From contig JBALDB010000006.1 in assembly GCA_036918135.1 (NCBI GenBank), forward strand, positions 32,001 to 96,000: a DNA stretch of 64,000 nucleotides. The letters are read 5' to 3'. The position numbers and the translations under genes are program-made. Shown piece after piece: positions 21,081-31,454 of the stretch; position 1 is the stretch's first letter; each line of letters opens with the position of its first letter. Under the pieces are notes generated by a model. It was not told the origin of the DNA and searched no databases. It was given only the letters and a program-made list of their open reading frames with translations. The stretch comes from Nostoc sp. (GTDB taxonomy: Bacteria; Cyanobacteriota; Cyanobacteriia; Cyanobacteriales; Nostocaceae).

Positions 21081-22391
21081 ATGCAAACTAATCAAATTCC
21101 TCCTGGAAGCTTTGGTTTACCGATATTAGGTGAGACACTTTCCTTTTTATTTGACCGCAACTTTAGTAAAAAGCGCTATCAACAGTATGGCTCTATTTTT
21201 AAAACTCATCTTCTTGGCAGACCTACTGTAGTTATGGTGGGGCCAGAAGCCTTAGAGTTTGTTTTGTCAACCCATATGGATAATTTTTCTTGGCGCGAAG
21301 GATGGCCCGCTAATTTTAAGATATTGCTGGGTGAATCACTTTTTTTACAAGATGGAGAGGAACACCGTAGAAATCGCCGCTTGATGATGCCAGCTTTGCA
21401 TGGGCCAGCATTGGCGAATTATGTCGCCACAATGGAAGATATCACACGTAGTTATCTGCAAAAGTGGGAGAAGCAGCAGGAGTTTACTTGGTTCCAAGAG
21501 TTTAAACAACTGACGTTTGATATTGCCAGTCAATTGTTGCTGGGTACGCGTTCTGGAGTTGAAGGTATGCGCCTGAGCCAGTTGTTTACAATCCTAGCAA
21601 ATGGGCTGTTTGCTATTAATCCTTTGCCTTTACCATTTACTAAATTTGGGAAAGCGTTAGCAGCCCGTAATCAAATTTTAGAGCATGTGACTAAGGTCGT
21701 TAGAGAGCGCCAGCAAAACCCAACCAAAGATGTTCTGAGTTTGTTAGTCCAAGCTAAAGATGAAGATGGTAATAGTCTAAGTGAAAAAGAACTCATTGCC
21801 CAAGCGCTACTATTACTTTTTGCCGGACATGACACCACAACTACAATGTTGACTTGGTTGTGTCTAGAATTAGCCCGTCATCCAGAGGTACTGCAACGCG
21901 CCAGGGAAGAACAACTAAAATTTGCTGATGTTGGTTCTTTAACTTTAGAACAATTGGGACAAATGCCTTATTTAGACCGAGTTTTATGGGAAGTTGAAAG
22001 GCTACGTCCATCTGTTGGTGCGGGATTTCGTGGTGTTGTTAAAGAATTTGAATTTAAAGGCTGTTATGTTCCTGCTGGTTGGCAGTTATACTATGCGATC
22101 GCATTTACTCATCGTCTCCCAGAAATTTATTCTCAGCCAGAGCGTTTTGACCCTGACCGCTTCAGCCCTCAGCGTCAAGAACATAAACAATATCCCTTTA
22201 GTTTAGTTGGTTTTGGTGGTGGGCCGCGCGTCTGTATTGGTATAGCTTTTGCAAAAATGGAAATGAAGATTATCGCTGCCCATCTTCTAAGTAGCTATGA
22301 TTGGGAAATCTTACCCAATCAAAGTCTAGATACAATGGGTATTCCTAATCGTCCTAAAGATGGGTTACGAATTCGATTTAAGCCTCGGTGA
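21081..22391 (+). CDS. Cytochrome P450 (CYP120-like)
   Basis: PPGSFGLP, AGHDTT I-helix, EVER (ExxR), PERFDPDRF, heme motif FGGGPRVCIG. Confidence 0.96.
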   Translation: MQTNQIPPGSFGLPILGETLSFLFDRNFSKKRYQQYGSIFKTHLLGRPTVVMVGPEALEFVLSTHMDNFSWREGWPANFKILLGESLFLQDGEEHRRNRRLMMPALHGPALANYVATMEDITRSYLQKWEKQQEFTWFQEFKQLTFDIASQLLLGTRSGVEGMRLSQLFTILANGLFAINPLPLPFTKFGKALAARNQILEHVTKVVRERQQNPTKDVLSLLVQAKDEDGNSLSEKELIAQALLLLFAGHDTTTTMLTWLCLELARHPEVLQRAREEQLKFADVGSLTLEQLGQMPYLDRVLWEVERLRPSVGAGFRGVVKEFEFKGCYVPAGWQLYYAIAFTHRLPEIYSQPERFDPDRFSPQRQEHKQYPFSLVGFGGGPRVCIGIAFAKMEMKIIAAHLLSSYDWEILPNQSLDTMGIPNRPKDGLRIRFKPR

Positions 22392-22396
22392 AATTT

Positions 22397-23125
22397 ATGG
22401 CACTTCCTATAGAGATAAATTTATCTGAAGAAGTTTTGCAACGCTTGCAAACAGCGAAAGATATAGTGCAACAAGCTAGACAGTCTTTGCAGAACACAGC
22501 AGCTACTACGACCGATAGGGCAATTAATAAAGTTACTACAACTCTGGAACAAGCTAAAGGTTCTTTAGAACAAAGTTGGCAAACGGCAGAGCAACTCAAG
22601 AGTACAACATCCGGAGCAGTACAAACAGCAATTAATTCTTCTATTAATGATTGGCTGACACAACATCCTGTAGTTTTTCGGTTAGTTCAAATACTAAGTT
22701 GGGCGGCTAATCACCCAATTATTAGTTTAGTAATTCTAGTATTTGCCTTAGCTCTATTTTGGAGTATCATCAGAGCAATTGTCCGCGTTATTGAAACAGC
22801 TAGTTGGTCACTACTAAAAGTCCCGGTCAACTTACTTCTGGCTTTAGTTAAAGTTAGCTTTGTTTCCTTAACTCAAGTTGGTAGTTTTGCTGTTCAACGA
22901 ATTACACTTACAAAAACAATAGATAACCTCCCAGTTTTACTACCTGAAAATTTTCAAACAAATAAACAACAGCGATTAGTAGAAATTTCTACTCGTTTAG
23001 CAGCAATTCAAAACGAACAGCAAGAGCTTTTACAAGAAGCAGCAGATTTGATTGCTTCCGACACAATTGAGTTAAAAATATCAGAAATTAAACCGCTAAA
23101 AAACGTTGAATCACATCTTGGCTGA
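22397..23125 (+). CDS. Hypothetical membrane protein with coiled coils
   Basis: Long ORF immediately after the P450 gene; central hydrophobic segment HPIISLVILVFALALFWSII. Confidence 0.7.
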   Translation: MALPIEINLSEEVLQRLQTAKDIVQQARQSLQNTAATTTDRAINKVTTTLEQAKGSLEQSWQTAEQLKSTTSGAVQTAINSSINDWLTQHPVVFRLVQILSWAANHPIISLVILVFALALFWSIIRAIVRVIETASWSLLKVPVNLLLALVKVSFVSLTQVGSFAVQRITLTKTIDNLPVLLPENFQTNKQQRLVEISTRLAAIQNEQQELLQEAADLIASDTIELKISEIKPLKNVESHLG

Positions 23126-23786
23126 GTTCGTCGGTGGAACCGGAGGCGACAATACCACCTTTTTGCATGGCGTAATAGTAATCGGCTTGACGAACAAAGT
23201 GCAAATGTTGCTCTACCAATAACACAGAAATGCCTGTGGTTTCGACGATGCGACGGACTGCGGCTTCAATTTCTAGGATGATGGAGGGTTGAATACCTTC
23301 GGTGGGTTCGTCTAAGACGAGTAATTGAGGTTGTCCTATTAAAGCACGAGCGATCGCTAATTGTTGCTGCTGTCCTCCACTTAAATCTCCACCCATGCGC
23401 CAGAGCATAGTTTTTAACACGGGAAATAAGCTAAAAACTTCTTCGGGAATTTCTGCTTTTTTGACTGGTTTACGTCTAGCTTCTAACCCCAAGAGCAGAT
23501 TTTCTTTGACTGTTAGCCGAGGAATAATTTCTCGTCCTTGGGGAACATAACCAATTCCTAATTTTGCTCTTTGGTCAGCAGATTTGGAATTGATTAGTTG
23601 TTCAGCAAAATTAATTGTACCGCTGCGGGGTTTGAGTAAACCCATGATAGTTTTAAGTAGAGTGGTTTTACCTACACCATTGCGTCCGATGAGGCAGACC
23701 ATTTGCCCAGATGGTACGGTTAAATCTACGTTGCGGAGAATGTGGCTTTCGCCGTAGTAAACGTTAAGGTTAGAGATTTTTAGCAT
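23088..23786 (-). CDS. urtE: Urea ABC transporter ATP-binding subunit UrtE
   Basis: YGESHILR, GRNGVGKTT, YVPQGREIIP, LSGGQQQQLAIARAL, DEPTEGIQPSII. Confidence 0.93.
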   Translation of the reverse strand: MLKISNLNVYYGESHILRNVDLTVPSGQMVCLIGRNGVGKTTLLKTIMGLLKPRSGTINFAEQLINSKSADQRAKLGIGYVPQGREIIPRLTVKENLLLGLEARRKPVKKAEIPEEVFSLFPVLKTMLWRMGGDLSGGQQQQLAIARALIGQPQLLVLDEPTEGIQPSIILEIEAAVRRIVETTGISVLLVEQHLHFVRQADYYYAMQKGGIVASGSTDELSQDVIQRFLAV

Positions 23787-24245
23787 TAGTTCACGTAGAG
23801 GCGCAGAGAGAAAAAATTGAGTTTTTATAGTTTTGTACAAAATGGAATGTTTTACTCATCCCACTTACTGAACCGAGATCGACTTTGCATACAGGCTGTT
23901 GACCATCAACTGTAGTCAAATAATAGCGACTACTGGTATTTTTTACAACAAAAATAGGGCAGTTTTCTTGGGCTGCCCATTCTCAGATAGTTACATCGTC
24001 CTAGCCTGACAATCCAACATGTAAAAACGGGGTTTTAAACAGAATTTTTGATAACTGGTGAAATGCTTTATACATATACATTTTCGTAGTTTTTGACCCA
24101 TTTTTTTGATTTTTTTGTGAGAAATCTGGGAAAAGAATATGAACGCGGGTTCACGAAATTATGACCAAGCAACTCTTAGGGAGTTACCTATCTGTTATTA
24201 TCAATTCTGTTAAAGTCAGACAGAAATTATTCTAGGAGATAAACA

Positions 24246-25235
24246 ATGGGCAAGAAATATGATGTTTATGGTGTAGGTAACGCTTTAGTAGATATAGAAT
24301 ACGAAGTATCTCCAGAGTTACTACAAGAGTTAAAGATTGACAAAGGTGTAATGACACTTTTAGATGAAGATAGTCAAAATCATATTTTGGAAAATCTCAA
24401 AAATCTTCATTGCCATAAGAGTTGTGGAGGTTCGGCAGCAAACACAATAGTGGCAATTAGTCAACTAGGAGGAAAAGCTTTTTATTCCTGTAAAGTGGCT
24501 AATGATAAATTTGGAGACTTTTACATAGAAGATTTACTCAACTGTCAGGTAGATACTAACTTAAAAAATGGCGATCGCCAATCAGGAATTACAGGTAAAT
24601 GTTTGGTGTTAGTAACTCCCGATGCAGATCGCACTATGAATACATTTTTGGGAATTACTGGAGATTTTTCTACACAAGAATTAGTATTAGAAGCGATCGC
24701 TGATTCAGAATATCTATATATCGAAGGATATTTAGTGACTTCTTCCACAGCAAAAGAAGCAGCTATAAAGGCTAGAGAAATAGCTGAAAAAGCGGGAGTA
24801 AAAACCAGCATGTCTCTATCTGATTACAACATGGTGAAATTTTTTAAAGATGGTTTATTAGATATTATTGGATCTGGTTTAGACTTGATTTTTGCTAATG
24901 AAACTGAAGCATTAGAACTAGCAGATACACAAGATTTTCAAGTAGCTGTAGACAAACTAAAAACCTTGACTAAGAGATTTGCCATTACTCGCGGTGCCAA
25001 GGGTTCAGTAGTATTTGATGGTGAGAAATTAATTGAAATCGCTGCACCTCAAGTAAAAGCTGTAGATACAGTGGGAGCAGGAGATATGTATGCAGGAGCT
25101 TTCCTCTATGGAATTAGCCAAGGTATGAGCTATGAAGAAGCCGGAAAATTAGCATCAGCCGCAGCTTCTAAGATTGTTACATCCTACGGGCCAAGATTAA
25201 AAACTGAGGAATTAAAGGCATTAGTTACTGCTTAG
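24246..25235 (+). CDS. PfkB-family kinase (adenosine/inosine kinase-like)
   Basis: GVGNALVD, GGSAANT, RTMNTFLG, FANETE, VDTVGAGD; AGGAG RBS. Confidence 0.92.
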   Translation: MGKKYDVYGVGNALVDIEYEVSPELLQELKIDKGVMTLLDEDSQNHILENLKNLHCHKSCGGSAANTIVAISQLGGKAFYSCKVANDKFGDFYIEDLLNCQVDTNLKNGDRQSGITGKCLVLVTPDADRTMNTFLGITGDFSTQELVLEAIADSEYLYIEGYLVTSSTAKEAAIKAREIAEKAGVKTSMSLSDYNMVKFFKDGLLDIIGSGLDLIFANETEALELADTQDFQVAVDKLKTLTKRFAITRGAKGSVVFDGEKLIEIAAPQVKAVDTVGAGDMYAGAFLYGISQGMSYEEAGKLASAAASKIVTSYGPRLKTEELKALVTA

Positions 25236-25326
25236 GGAACTTCAAAAAATAAATTATTCGGGTTCAGGTCATTGACAGTTGACTTTTGAGTGTCAACCAT
25301 TAGCCAAAATCCACTCAGTCCCCAGC

Positions 25327-26073
25327 TCATTCTTCCTGTTTTCCTAAATATACTTCAATCACACGTGAGTCATTTTGCACTTCCTCAAAATTGCCTTCAC
25401 ACAGCACTGAACCTTGATGTAGTACTGTTACTTTGCGAGCAATTTGACGTACGAATTCCATATCGTGTTCAATGACTAAGATTGAATGACTCTGAGCTAA
25501 TGCTAAAAGTAGTTCGCCAACGTTGTAGGTTTCCTCATCTGTTAAACCAGCAACCGGTTCATCAACAAGTAATAAATCAGGAGACTGTGCTACTAACATC
25601 CCAATTTCTAAACGTTGCTTTTCACCGTGGGAAAGTAAAGCTGCTGGAATGTCTGCTTTAGGACTTAAACCGATGGTTTCTAACAAGCCTTTAACACTGT
25701 TTTTTTCTGTAGTGCTAGAACTAGCAAACAAAGTAGAAAAGACATTTTTATTCTTGTTACTGGTTATTTCTAGATTTTCGCGGGGTGTTAAATTTAAATA
25801 AACTCTAGGCGTTTGGAATTTGCGCCCAATTCCTAACCGCGCAATTTGATGTTCTGAGAAAGAACGTAGGTTTCTTCCTTTGAATAGAACTCGCCCAACA
25901 GTTGGTTTGACTTTGCCGGTAATTACATCTAAAAATGTTGTCTTTCCCGCACCATTGGGGCCAATTACTACTCGTAATTCACCCACATCCATACTAAAGT
26001 TTAGTTGGTTTAAAGCTTTAAAACCATCAAAACTAACAGTTACATTTTCAGTTTCCAATATTTTGACGTTCAT
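25327..26073 (-). CDS. urtD: Urea ABC transporter ATP-binding subunit UrtD
   Basis: VSFDGFKAL, GPNGAGKTT, GRKFQTP, LSHGEKQRLEIGM, EHDMEFV. Confidence 0.95.
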   Translation of the reverse strand: MNVKILETENVTVSFDGFKALNQLNFSMDVGELRVVIGPNGAGKTTFLDVITGKVKPTVGRVLFKGRNLRSFSEHQIARLGIGRKFQTPRVYLNLTPRENLEITSNKNKNVFSTLFASSSTTEKNSVKGLLETIGLSPKADIPAALLSHGEKQRLEIGMLVAQSPDLLLVDEPVAGLTDEETYNVGELLLALAQSHSILVIEHDMEFVRQIARKVTVLHQGSVLCEGNFEEVQNDSRVIEVYLGKQEE

Positions 26074-27160
26074 GTTGCACTTGGGCGTCTTCTTCTAAAG
26101 CAGGATATGTCTCAACTTGACGACGTTTAAAAAGAGGAATGTTTTGATTACGCAGCCAACCCACTATGCCATCAGGAAGCACTGTCACAACTATTAAGAA
26201 TAGTGCCCCTTGAAAAAATAACCAGATTTCAGCAAATTGTTCACTTAAAAAAGCACGGGCATAATTAACTAACAAAGTTCCGACAATTGCCCCAATTAAA
26301 CTAGCGCGTCCCCCTACTGCCACCCAAATTACCATTTCAATCGAAAAGGCAATATCCATCGCTCTCGGCGATACAGAGCCACTTTGGATGGTGTAAAATG
26401 CTCCTGCAATGCCAGCGATCGCCCCAGAAACTCCAAACACCAAAACCTTAAAATCCGTAGGGTCATACCCAGAAAATCTTACTCTACTTTCATCATCCCG
26501 AATCGCTATTAATAATCTGCCAAAGCGTCCACTTGTTAGCCAGCGACAAATTCCGTAAGTAGCGGCGAGAAACACTACAGTCAAAGTGTAAAAAACAAAT
26601 TGCGTTTTGGTATCGCTGACCGTTGCCCCAAACAAAGTTGTAAAATCTATCAGCCCATTCGTACCGTTAAATAATTTTTGTTGACCATTAAAAAAGTTAA
26701 AAAATACAATCGTCCCCGCTTGAGTCAAGATAGAGAAATAAACTCCCTTGAGACGATTTCTAAATACTAAATATCCCAATAATCCTGCTAATAGCCCTGG
26801 AATTAATACCACAGCAGCTATTGTCAAAGGAAAAGAATAAAAAGGTTGCCAAAACCAAGGAAGTTCCGTAACTCCATAAAGCCCCATGAAATCAGGTAAC
26901 TCACCAGTAGGGACTTGCAGTTTCAGGTACATGGCGATCGCATATCCACCCAAACCAAAGAAAATACCATGTCCTAAACTCAACAAACCAGTATAACCCC
27001 AAATCAAATCGATACCCAAAGCTGCGATCGCCAGCGATAAAAATCTGCCCAACAAATTCAGGCGAAATTCCGAAAGCACTGCTGGCATAATAATAATCAG
27101 GGAAAGTGCGATCGCCACCACCACCCCCACCTCAATCAATAATCCTCCCCTCTTCCTCAT
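26048..27160 (-). CDS. urtC: Urea ABC transporter permease UrtC
   Basis: DLIWGYTGLLSLGHG, GVYFSILTQA, AIRDDESRVRFSGY, SIEMVIWVAVGGR. Confidence 0.95.
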   Translation of the reverse strand: MRKRGGLLIEVGVVVAIALSLIIIMPAVLSEFRLNLLGRFLSLAIAALGIDLIWGYTGLLSLGHGIFFGLGGYAIAMYLKLQVPTGELPDFMGLYGVTELPWFWQPFYSFPLTIAAVVLIPGLLAGLLGYLVFRNRLKGVYFSILTQAGTIVFFNFFNGQQKLFNGTNGLIDFTTLFGATVSDTKTQFVFYTLTVVFLAATYGICRWLTSGRFGRLLIAIRDDESRVRFSGYDPTDFKVLVFGVSGAIAGIAGAFYTIQSGSVSPRAMDIAFSIEMVIWVAVGGRASLIGAIVGTLLVNYARAFLSEQFAEIWLFFQGALFLIVVTVLPDGIVGWLRNQNIPLFKRRQVETYPALEEDAQVQHERQNIGN

Positions 27161-27181
27161 TCTCTGCGCCTCTGTGTGAAA

Positions 27182-28342
27182 TTAAACATCAACAGTACGT
27201 CCCTTCTGCGGAAAAATTCCCCCAGGCTTCCACTGTAAAAATACAATAATCAGCGCAAATACCATTACCTTCGCCATACTCGTCGTGGCAAAAAAAGTAA
27301 AGAAATCTGCCAAAGGCTTCACAGGAGTTAATAACAAAGCTAAAGTACCAGAACCAATTAAAAAATTAGCCGTACCAATTCCCAAAGCTGCCACAATAGT
27401 ACCTGCTAAATTCCCCACACCCCCTACCACAACAACCATGAAAGTATCGATAATATAGTTTTGTCCCGTATTCGGCCCCACAGAACCGAGTAAACTAATC
27501 GCACATCCAGCTACACCAGCTAAACCCGAACCAAGGGCAAAAGTAACTGCATCAACTTTTTCAGTCGGGATACCCAAACAAGCACTCATACTTCGGTTTT
27601 GCGTCACAGCCCGAATTTTTAAACCCCAGCTAGAACGTTGTAAAAATAAATAAATACCCGCTACACAAATTATTGTTAAAGCAATAATAAATAACCTGGC
27701 AAAGGGTAATTGTACGCCACCTAAAGACATTCCTGCTTGTAACCAAGTAGGTGCAGTTACATCCACATTTTGAGCGCCAAACCAAGGTTGAGTTACTGCT
27801 AGTTGATAAGTTTGACTTAATAAATTAGCTATTGTCAGCGTTACGCCCAGCGATAGTAATAACAACACCGCTACAACTAAATTCCGAACTCTTGCTAGAT
27901 TTGTGCGAGAATTTAAAATCCATAAACCACCAAAAAATAACAGAGAAAATATAGCTATACCAATTATTAATACCCAATTTACACTGCGAACAAATTGCTG
28001 AAAAATTAAACTTACTCCCCAAGTTGCCAACAGAGTTTCTAAGGGGCGTCCATAAAGATAACGAATTACACCCTTTTCTAAAATTAATCCCACAACTGCG
28101 GTGAAAATAAATGCAATAATTAAAGCTAAAAATATATAACTTTCAAACCACACACTACCCAATTGTTTGCAGCCATTTTGCACCACATATGTTGCATAAG
28201 CACCAAACATCATCAGTTCGCCATGTGCCATATTAATGACACCCATCAATCCAAATATAATCGCTAGTCCCAAAGCTGCGATTAATAATACGGCACCAAT
28301 ACTAATACCATTAAATATAGCTTCTATAAAACCTGCTAACAC
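27182..28342 (-). CDS. urtB: Urea ABC transporter permease UrtB
   Basis: FGLMGVINMAHGE, YGRPLETLLATWG, IRAVTQNR. Confidence 0.95.
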   Translation of the reverse strand: MLAGFIEAIFNGISIGAVLLIAALGLAIIFGLMGVINMAHGELMMFGAYATYVVQNGCKQLGSVWFESYIFLALIIAFIFTAVVGLILEKGVIRYLYGRPLETLLATWGVSLIFQQFVRSVNWVLIIGIAIFSLLFFGGLWILNSRTNLARVRNLVVAVLLLLSLGVTLTIANLLSQTYQLAVTQPWFGAQNVDVTAPTWLQAGMSLGGVQLPFARLFIIALTIICVAGIYLFLQRSSWGLKIRAVTQNRSMSACLGIPTEKVDAVTFALGSGLAGVAGCAISLLGSVGPNTGQNYIIDTFMVVVVGGVGNLAGTIVAALGIGTANFLIGSGTLALLLTPVKPLADFFTFFATTSMAKVMVFALIIVFLQWKPGGIFPQKGRTVDV

Positions 28343-28393
28343 TTATTTCTCCTTATTTGTCATTTATCATTAGTCATTCGTCTTTTGTTATTC

Positions 28394-28420
28394 ACTAATG
28401 ACTAATGACTAATGACTAAC
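28394..28420. repeat. STRR heptamer tandem repeat (ACTAATG)n
   Basis: actaatg actaatg actaatg actaac between urtA and urtB. Confidence 0.8.
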
Positions 28421-28423
28421 TAA

Positions 28424-29737
28424 TTAAACCTTCTTATATTTACCACCCTTAGCAGGGTCGCTCCAATCACAAGCAAATCCCTTGGTTTCTTTCACAAATT
28501 GATTCCAAGGAACTGGTTCAACTGGCGCAGGGGTAGCATAGACAATATCAAACAAGCCATCTAACCTGACTTGGCCAATTCGTACAATTTTAGAAATATG
28601 ATGGTTTGCATCCATTGTTACTTTACCTTCAGGTGCATCTATGGTTTGACCATACGCCGCAGCACTTACTTTAGCAATATCTGTCGTGCCAGCTTTTTCA
28701 ACTGCTTGTTTCCATAAATAAACTGCAATATATGCTGCCTCCATTGGGTCATTTGTAACTCGATTTTCACCGTATTCTTTTTTGAAAGCAGCAACAAACT
28801 TTTTGTTAGCAGGGGTGTCTACTGTTTGGAAGTAATTCCAAGCAGCGTAGTGACCTTTGAGGTACTCTACACCAATTGCTTTAACTTCTTCTTCAGCAAT
28901 ACTGACAGACATAGAAGGATATCTTTCTGGTGTCAATCCAGCTCCTTTTAATTGTTTGAAGAAAGCAACATTACTATCACCATTTAAGGTGTTATAAATT
29001 ACGCCACCATTGGGTAAAGTTTGCCTGATTTTAGTGATAATTGGTGTAACTTCTGTATTACCTAAAGGTAAGTAATCTTCGCCAACTGTTTTACCTCCTA
29101 AAGCTTCTAGCTGTGCTTTAATGATTGTATTAGCTGTTCGAGGAAAAACATAATCAGAGCCAACTAAAAAGAATTCTTTGCCCTTATTTTTTAACAACCA
29201 ATCAACAGATGGTTCGATTTGTTGATTTGGCGCTGCGCCAGTATAAAAAATATTTTTAGAACACTCTTGACCTTCATATTGTACGGGATACCAGAGCATG
29301 TGATTTTTGCTCTCAAATACTGGCTTGACGTTCTTGCGGCTAGCAGAAGTCCAACAACCAAAAACTGCGGCGACTTTATCTTGATCGATAAGCTTAGTAG
29401 CCTTTTCCCTAAAAGTATCCCAGTTAGAAGCACCATCTTCAGTAATTGCTTCAATTTGTTTACCTAAAACACCACCATTAGCATTAATTTCTTTGATTGC
29501 TAATTTTTCAGCATCAACAACACTTTTTTCACTAATAGCCATCGTACCACTCAAAGAGTGTAATATACCTACTTTAATGGTGTTACCAGTAGCAGCAGCT
29601 ACAGGAGAGGCACTAGGAGAGGCGGTTTCTGTAGCAACTGGGGTATTAGGATTAGCGCAAGCTTTCAAAAAAATGCTGCCTGTGAAACTTACAGAGCCGT
29701 AGATTAAAAACTTGCGTCGGTTAAATTGTCTTGCCAT
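28424..29737 (-). CDS. urtA: Urea ABC transporter substrate-binding protein UrtA
   Basis: Tat-like RRKFL signal with lipobox [39 protein letters not shown]. Confidence 0.96.
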   Translation of the reverse strand: MARQFNRRKFLIYGSVSFTGSIFLKACANPNTPVATETASPSASPVAAATGNTIKVGILHSLSGTMAISEKSVVDAEKLAIKEINANGGVLGKQIEAITEDGASNWDTFREKATKLIDQDKVAAVFGCWTSASRKNVKPVFESKNHMLWYPVQYEGQECSKNIFYTGAAPNQQIEPSVDWLLKNKGKEFFLVGSDYVFPRTANTIIKAQLEALGGKTVGEDYLPLGNTEVTPIITKIRQTLPNGGVIYNTLNGDSNVAFFKQLKGAGLTPERYPSMSVSIAEEEVKAIGVEYLKGHYAAWNYFQTVDTPANKKFVAAFKKEYGENRVTNDPMEAAYIAVYLWKQAVEKAGTTDIAKVSAAAYGQTIDAPEGKVTMDANHHISKIVRIGQVRLDGLFDIVYATPAPVEPVPWNQFVKETKGFACDWSDPAKGGKYKKV

Positions 29738-29810
29738 AATCTTTATGAATTTTCCTTTTGATGAATCAGCCAACTTATAGGAAGCTGACAATATCAATTA
29801 TTGAATTGTG

Positions 29811-29853
29811 ATATTAGTGCGATAGTTTACTAGAAAAAAGTTACTAATTATAC
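29811..29853 (-). promoter_or_regulatory. Putative NtcA-activated promoter of urtA
   Basis: Minus strand GTA-taattagt-AAC (29853-29840; one mismatch to GTA-N8-TAC), 23-nt spacer, then TAATAT -10 box (29816-29811). Confidence 0.7.
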
Positions 29854-29956
29854 AAAAAGTTTTGTTTTTGTAATAAAAAATTGAATTTTGAATATTAAAG
29901 TTTGTTAACTTAATCAAGATTCTTATATTTGTTCGATTCATCTGAATATTAAGTAT

Positions 29957-30104
29957 AGGACTTACGCAAGCACTATTTTGTCATTACGATCGGAACGTAG
30001 TGTAGGCAAGCAATCCCAGAGTTTTTGGCGATTACTTCTCTACGAGACGCTCCGCGAACGCTTTGCTCGTAATGACATAAAATCGTAGTTAGTGCGTAAG
30101 TCCT
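29957..30104. mobile_element. MITE-like element with nested palindrome
   Basis: Terminal IR aggacttacgca/tgcgtaagtcct; internal IR tgtcattacga...tcgtaatgaca. Confidence 0.75.
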
Positions 30105-30304
30105 GAGGTAAATTAACCATGATATCTGATTGCAAGTGTCACAAAGTAAAATAAGACAATCACAAAGGTTTGAGATTACCAAGCTTCACTAACTATGAAA
30201 AGTGTTTAAACAAACATTGGCAGTTTTTGATTCCTCTTTTCTCCAGCTTTGTGAGAAATCCGGGCAAATAGGGATGCTCCCAAAATAACAAAATAGGGTT
30301 ATAA

Positions 30305-30979
30305 CTATTCTCGCAGTACATAGCCCACGCCACGCACTGTATGAATCAAGCGTTTTTCATGATTTTCTTCTAGTTTTAGACGCAAGTAACGGATGTAGAC
30401 TTCAATAATGTTGGAATTACCCATAAAGTCATAACCCCAAACTTTCTGTAAAATTTGGTCTTTAGTAAATACCTGACGGGGATGTAAAAGTATATATTCT
30501 AATAAATCAAACTCTTTTGCCGTTAATTCAATTGCCCGATTACCTCGGTAAACTTGGCGAGTACGATGACTTAGACTTAAGTCTTCAAACTGTAAAATGT
30601 CCTGATTTGTTTCTTGAGTACGGCGTAAATGAGCGCGGATTCTAGCTAGCAGTTCTTCAATACTAAATGGTTTGACTACATAATCATCTGCTCCGGCATC
30701 CAAACCTGCTACACGATCGTTAACTTCATCTTTTGCTGTCAATAATATTACTGGTATAGAGATACCAGTTGCCCGCAACCGACGACAGATTTCTAAACCT
30801 GACAGTCCTGGTAGCATCCAATCAAGAATAACTAAATCCGGTGATAACTCGCGTGCTAAAGTTAAACCAGTGATTCCATCATGTGCCACATTTATATTGT
30901 AACCTTCGCTATTTAATTCCAATTCAACAAATCGCGCTAGTTTAACTTCGTCTTCAACTAAAAGAATATTTACTGACAT
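30305..30979 (-). CDS. OmpR/PhoB-family response regulator
   Basis: ILLVEDE, LDWMLPG, GADDYVVKPF, winged HTH ending IHTVRGVGY. Confidence 0.96.
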   Translation of the reverse strand: MSVNILLVEDEVKLARFVELELNSEGYNINVAHDGITGLTLARELSPDLVILDWMLPGLSGLEICRRLRATGISIPVILLTAKDEVNDRVAGLDAGADDYVVKPFSIEELLARIRAHLRRTQETNQDILQFEDLSLSHRTRQVYRGNRAIELTAKEFDLLEYILLHPRQVFTKDQILQKVWGYDFMGNSNIIEVYIRYLRLKLEENHEKRLIHTVRGVGYVLRE

Positions 30980-31151
30980 ATTTTTGCTCTGATAGCAGAT
31001 ATATAAGGTCAGAATAGAATTGCTATTTTCAGCTATCTTTTATTAATTATCGAGACTGAGACATTTTTGAGGCAGAAATAAGCCTCAAACCCATACATGG
31101 CAAGGAAAATACACCAAAGGCTCAAAAATGCTTGAAACCCAGATATATTAA

Positions 31152-31391
31152 CGGGACTTAAACAAAAATTAAGCCCAAATAAAGCCCGAACTGGCTTTGT
31201 AAGCAGCAAATACGTCACGGAGGGTCAACCAATCAAAAAATCGATAAGACATAGCCGTTCTAAAGGCTTTATCAGCTTCAGTAAAGGTGTTAAAAGGTTT
31301 ACTTGCGTTTCTTTCATCAGCTTTTTCAACGTGAAAGCTATGCTGAGACAGTATTATACTCTTTTTTCCTTTACTGTTTTTTTAAGTTCCG
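31152..31391. mobile_element. Internally deleted IS701-like element (240-bp MITE)
   Basis: Imperfect terminal IRs cgggacttaaacaaaa / ttttttaagttccg, TTAA on both flanks; minus strand retains KPFNTFTEADKAFRTAMSYRFFDWLTLRDVFAAYKASSGFIWA*, which I recognise as resembling the C-terminus of cyanobacterial IS701-family transposases. Confidence 0.75.
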
Positions 31392-31454
31392 TTAATAATA
31401 TAAGTAAAACGATGTCAAAGTCTCTCTGTATATAAGTTTTATGGTTTTTTCAGG

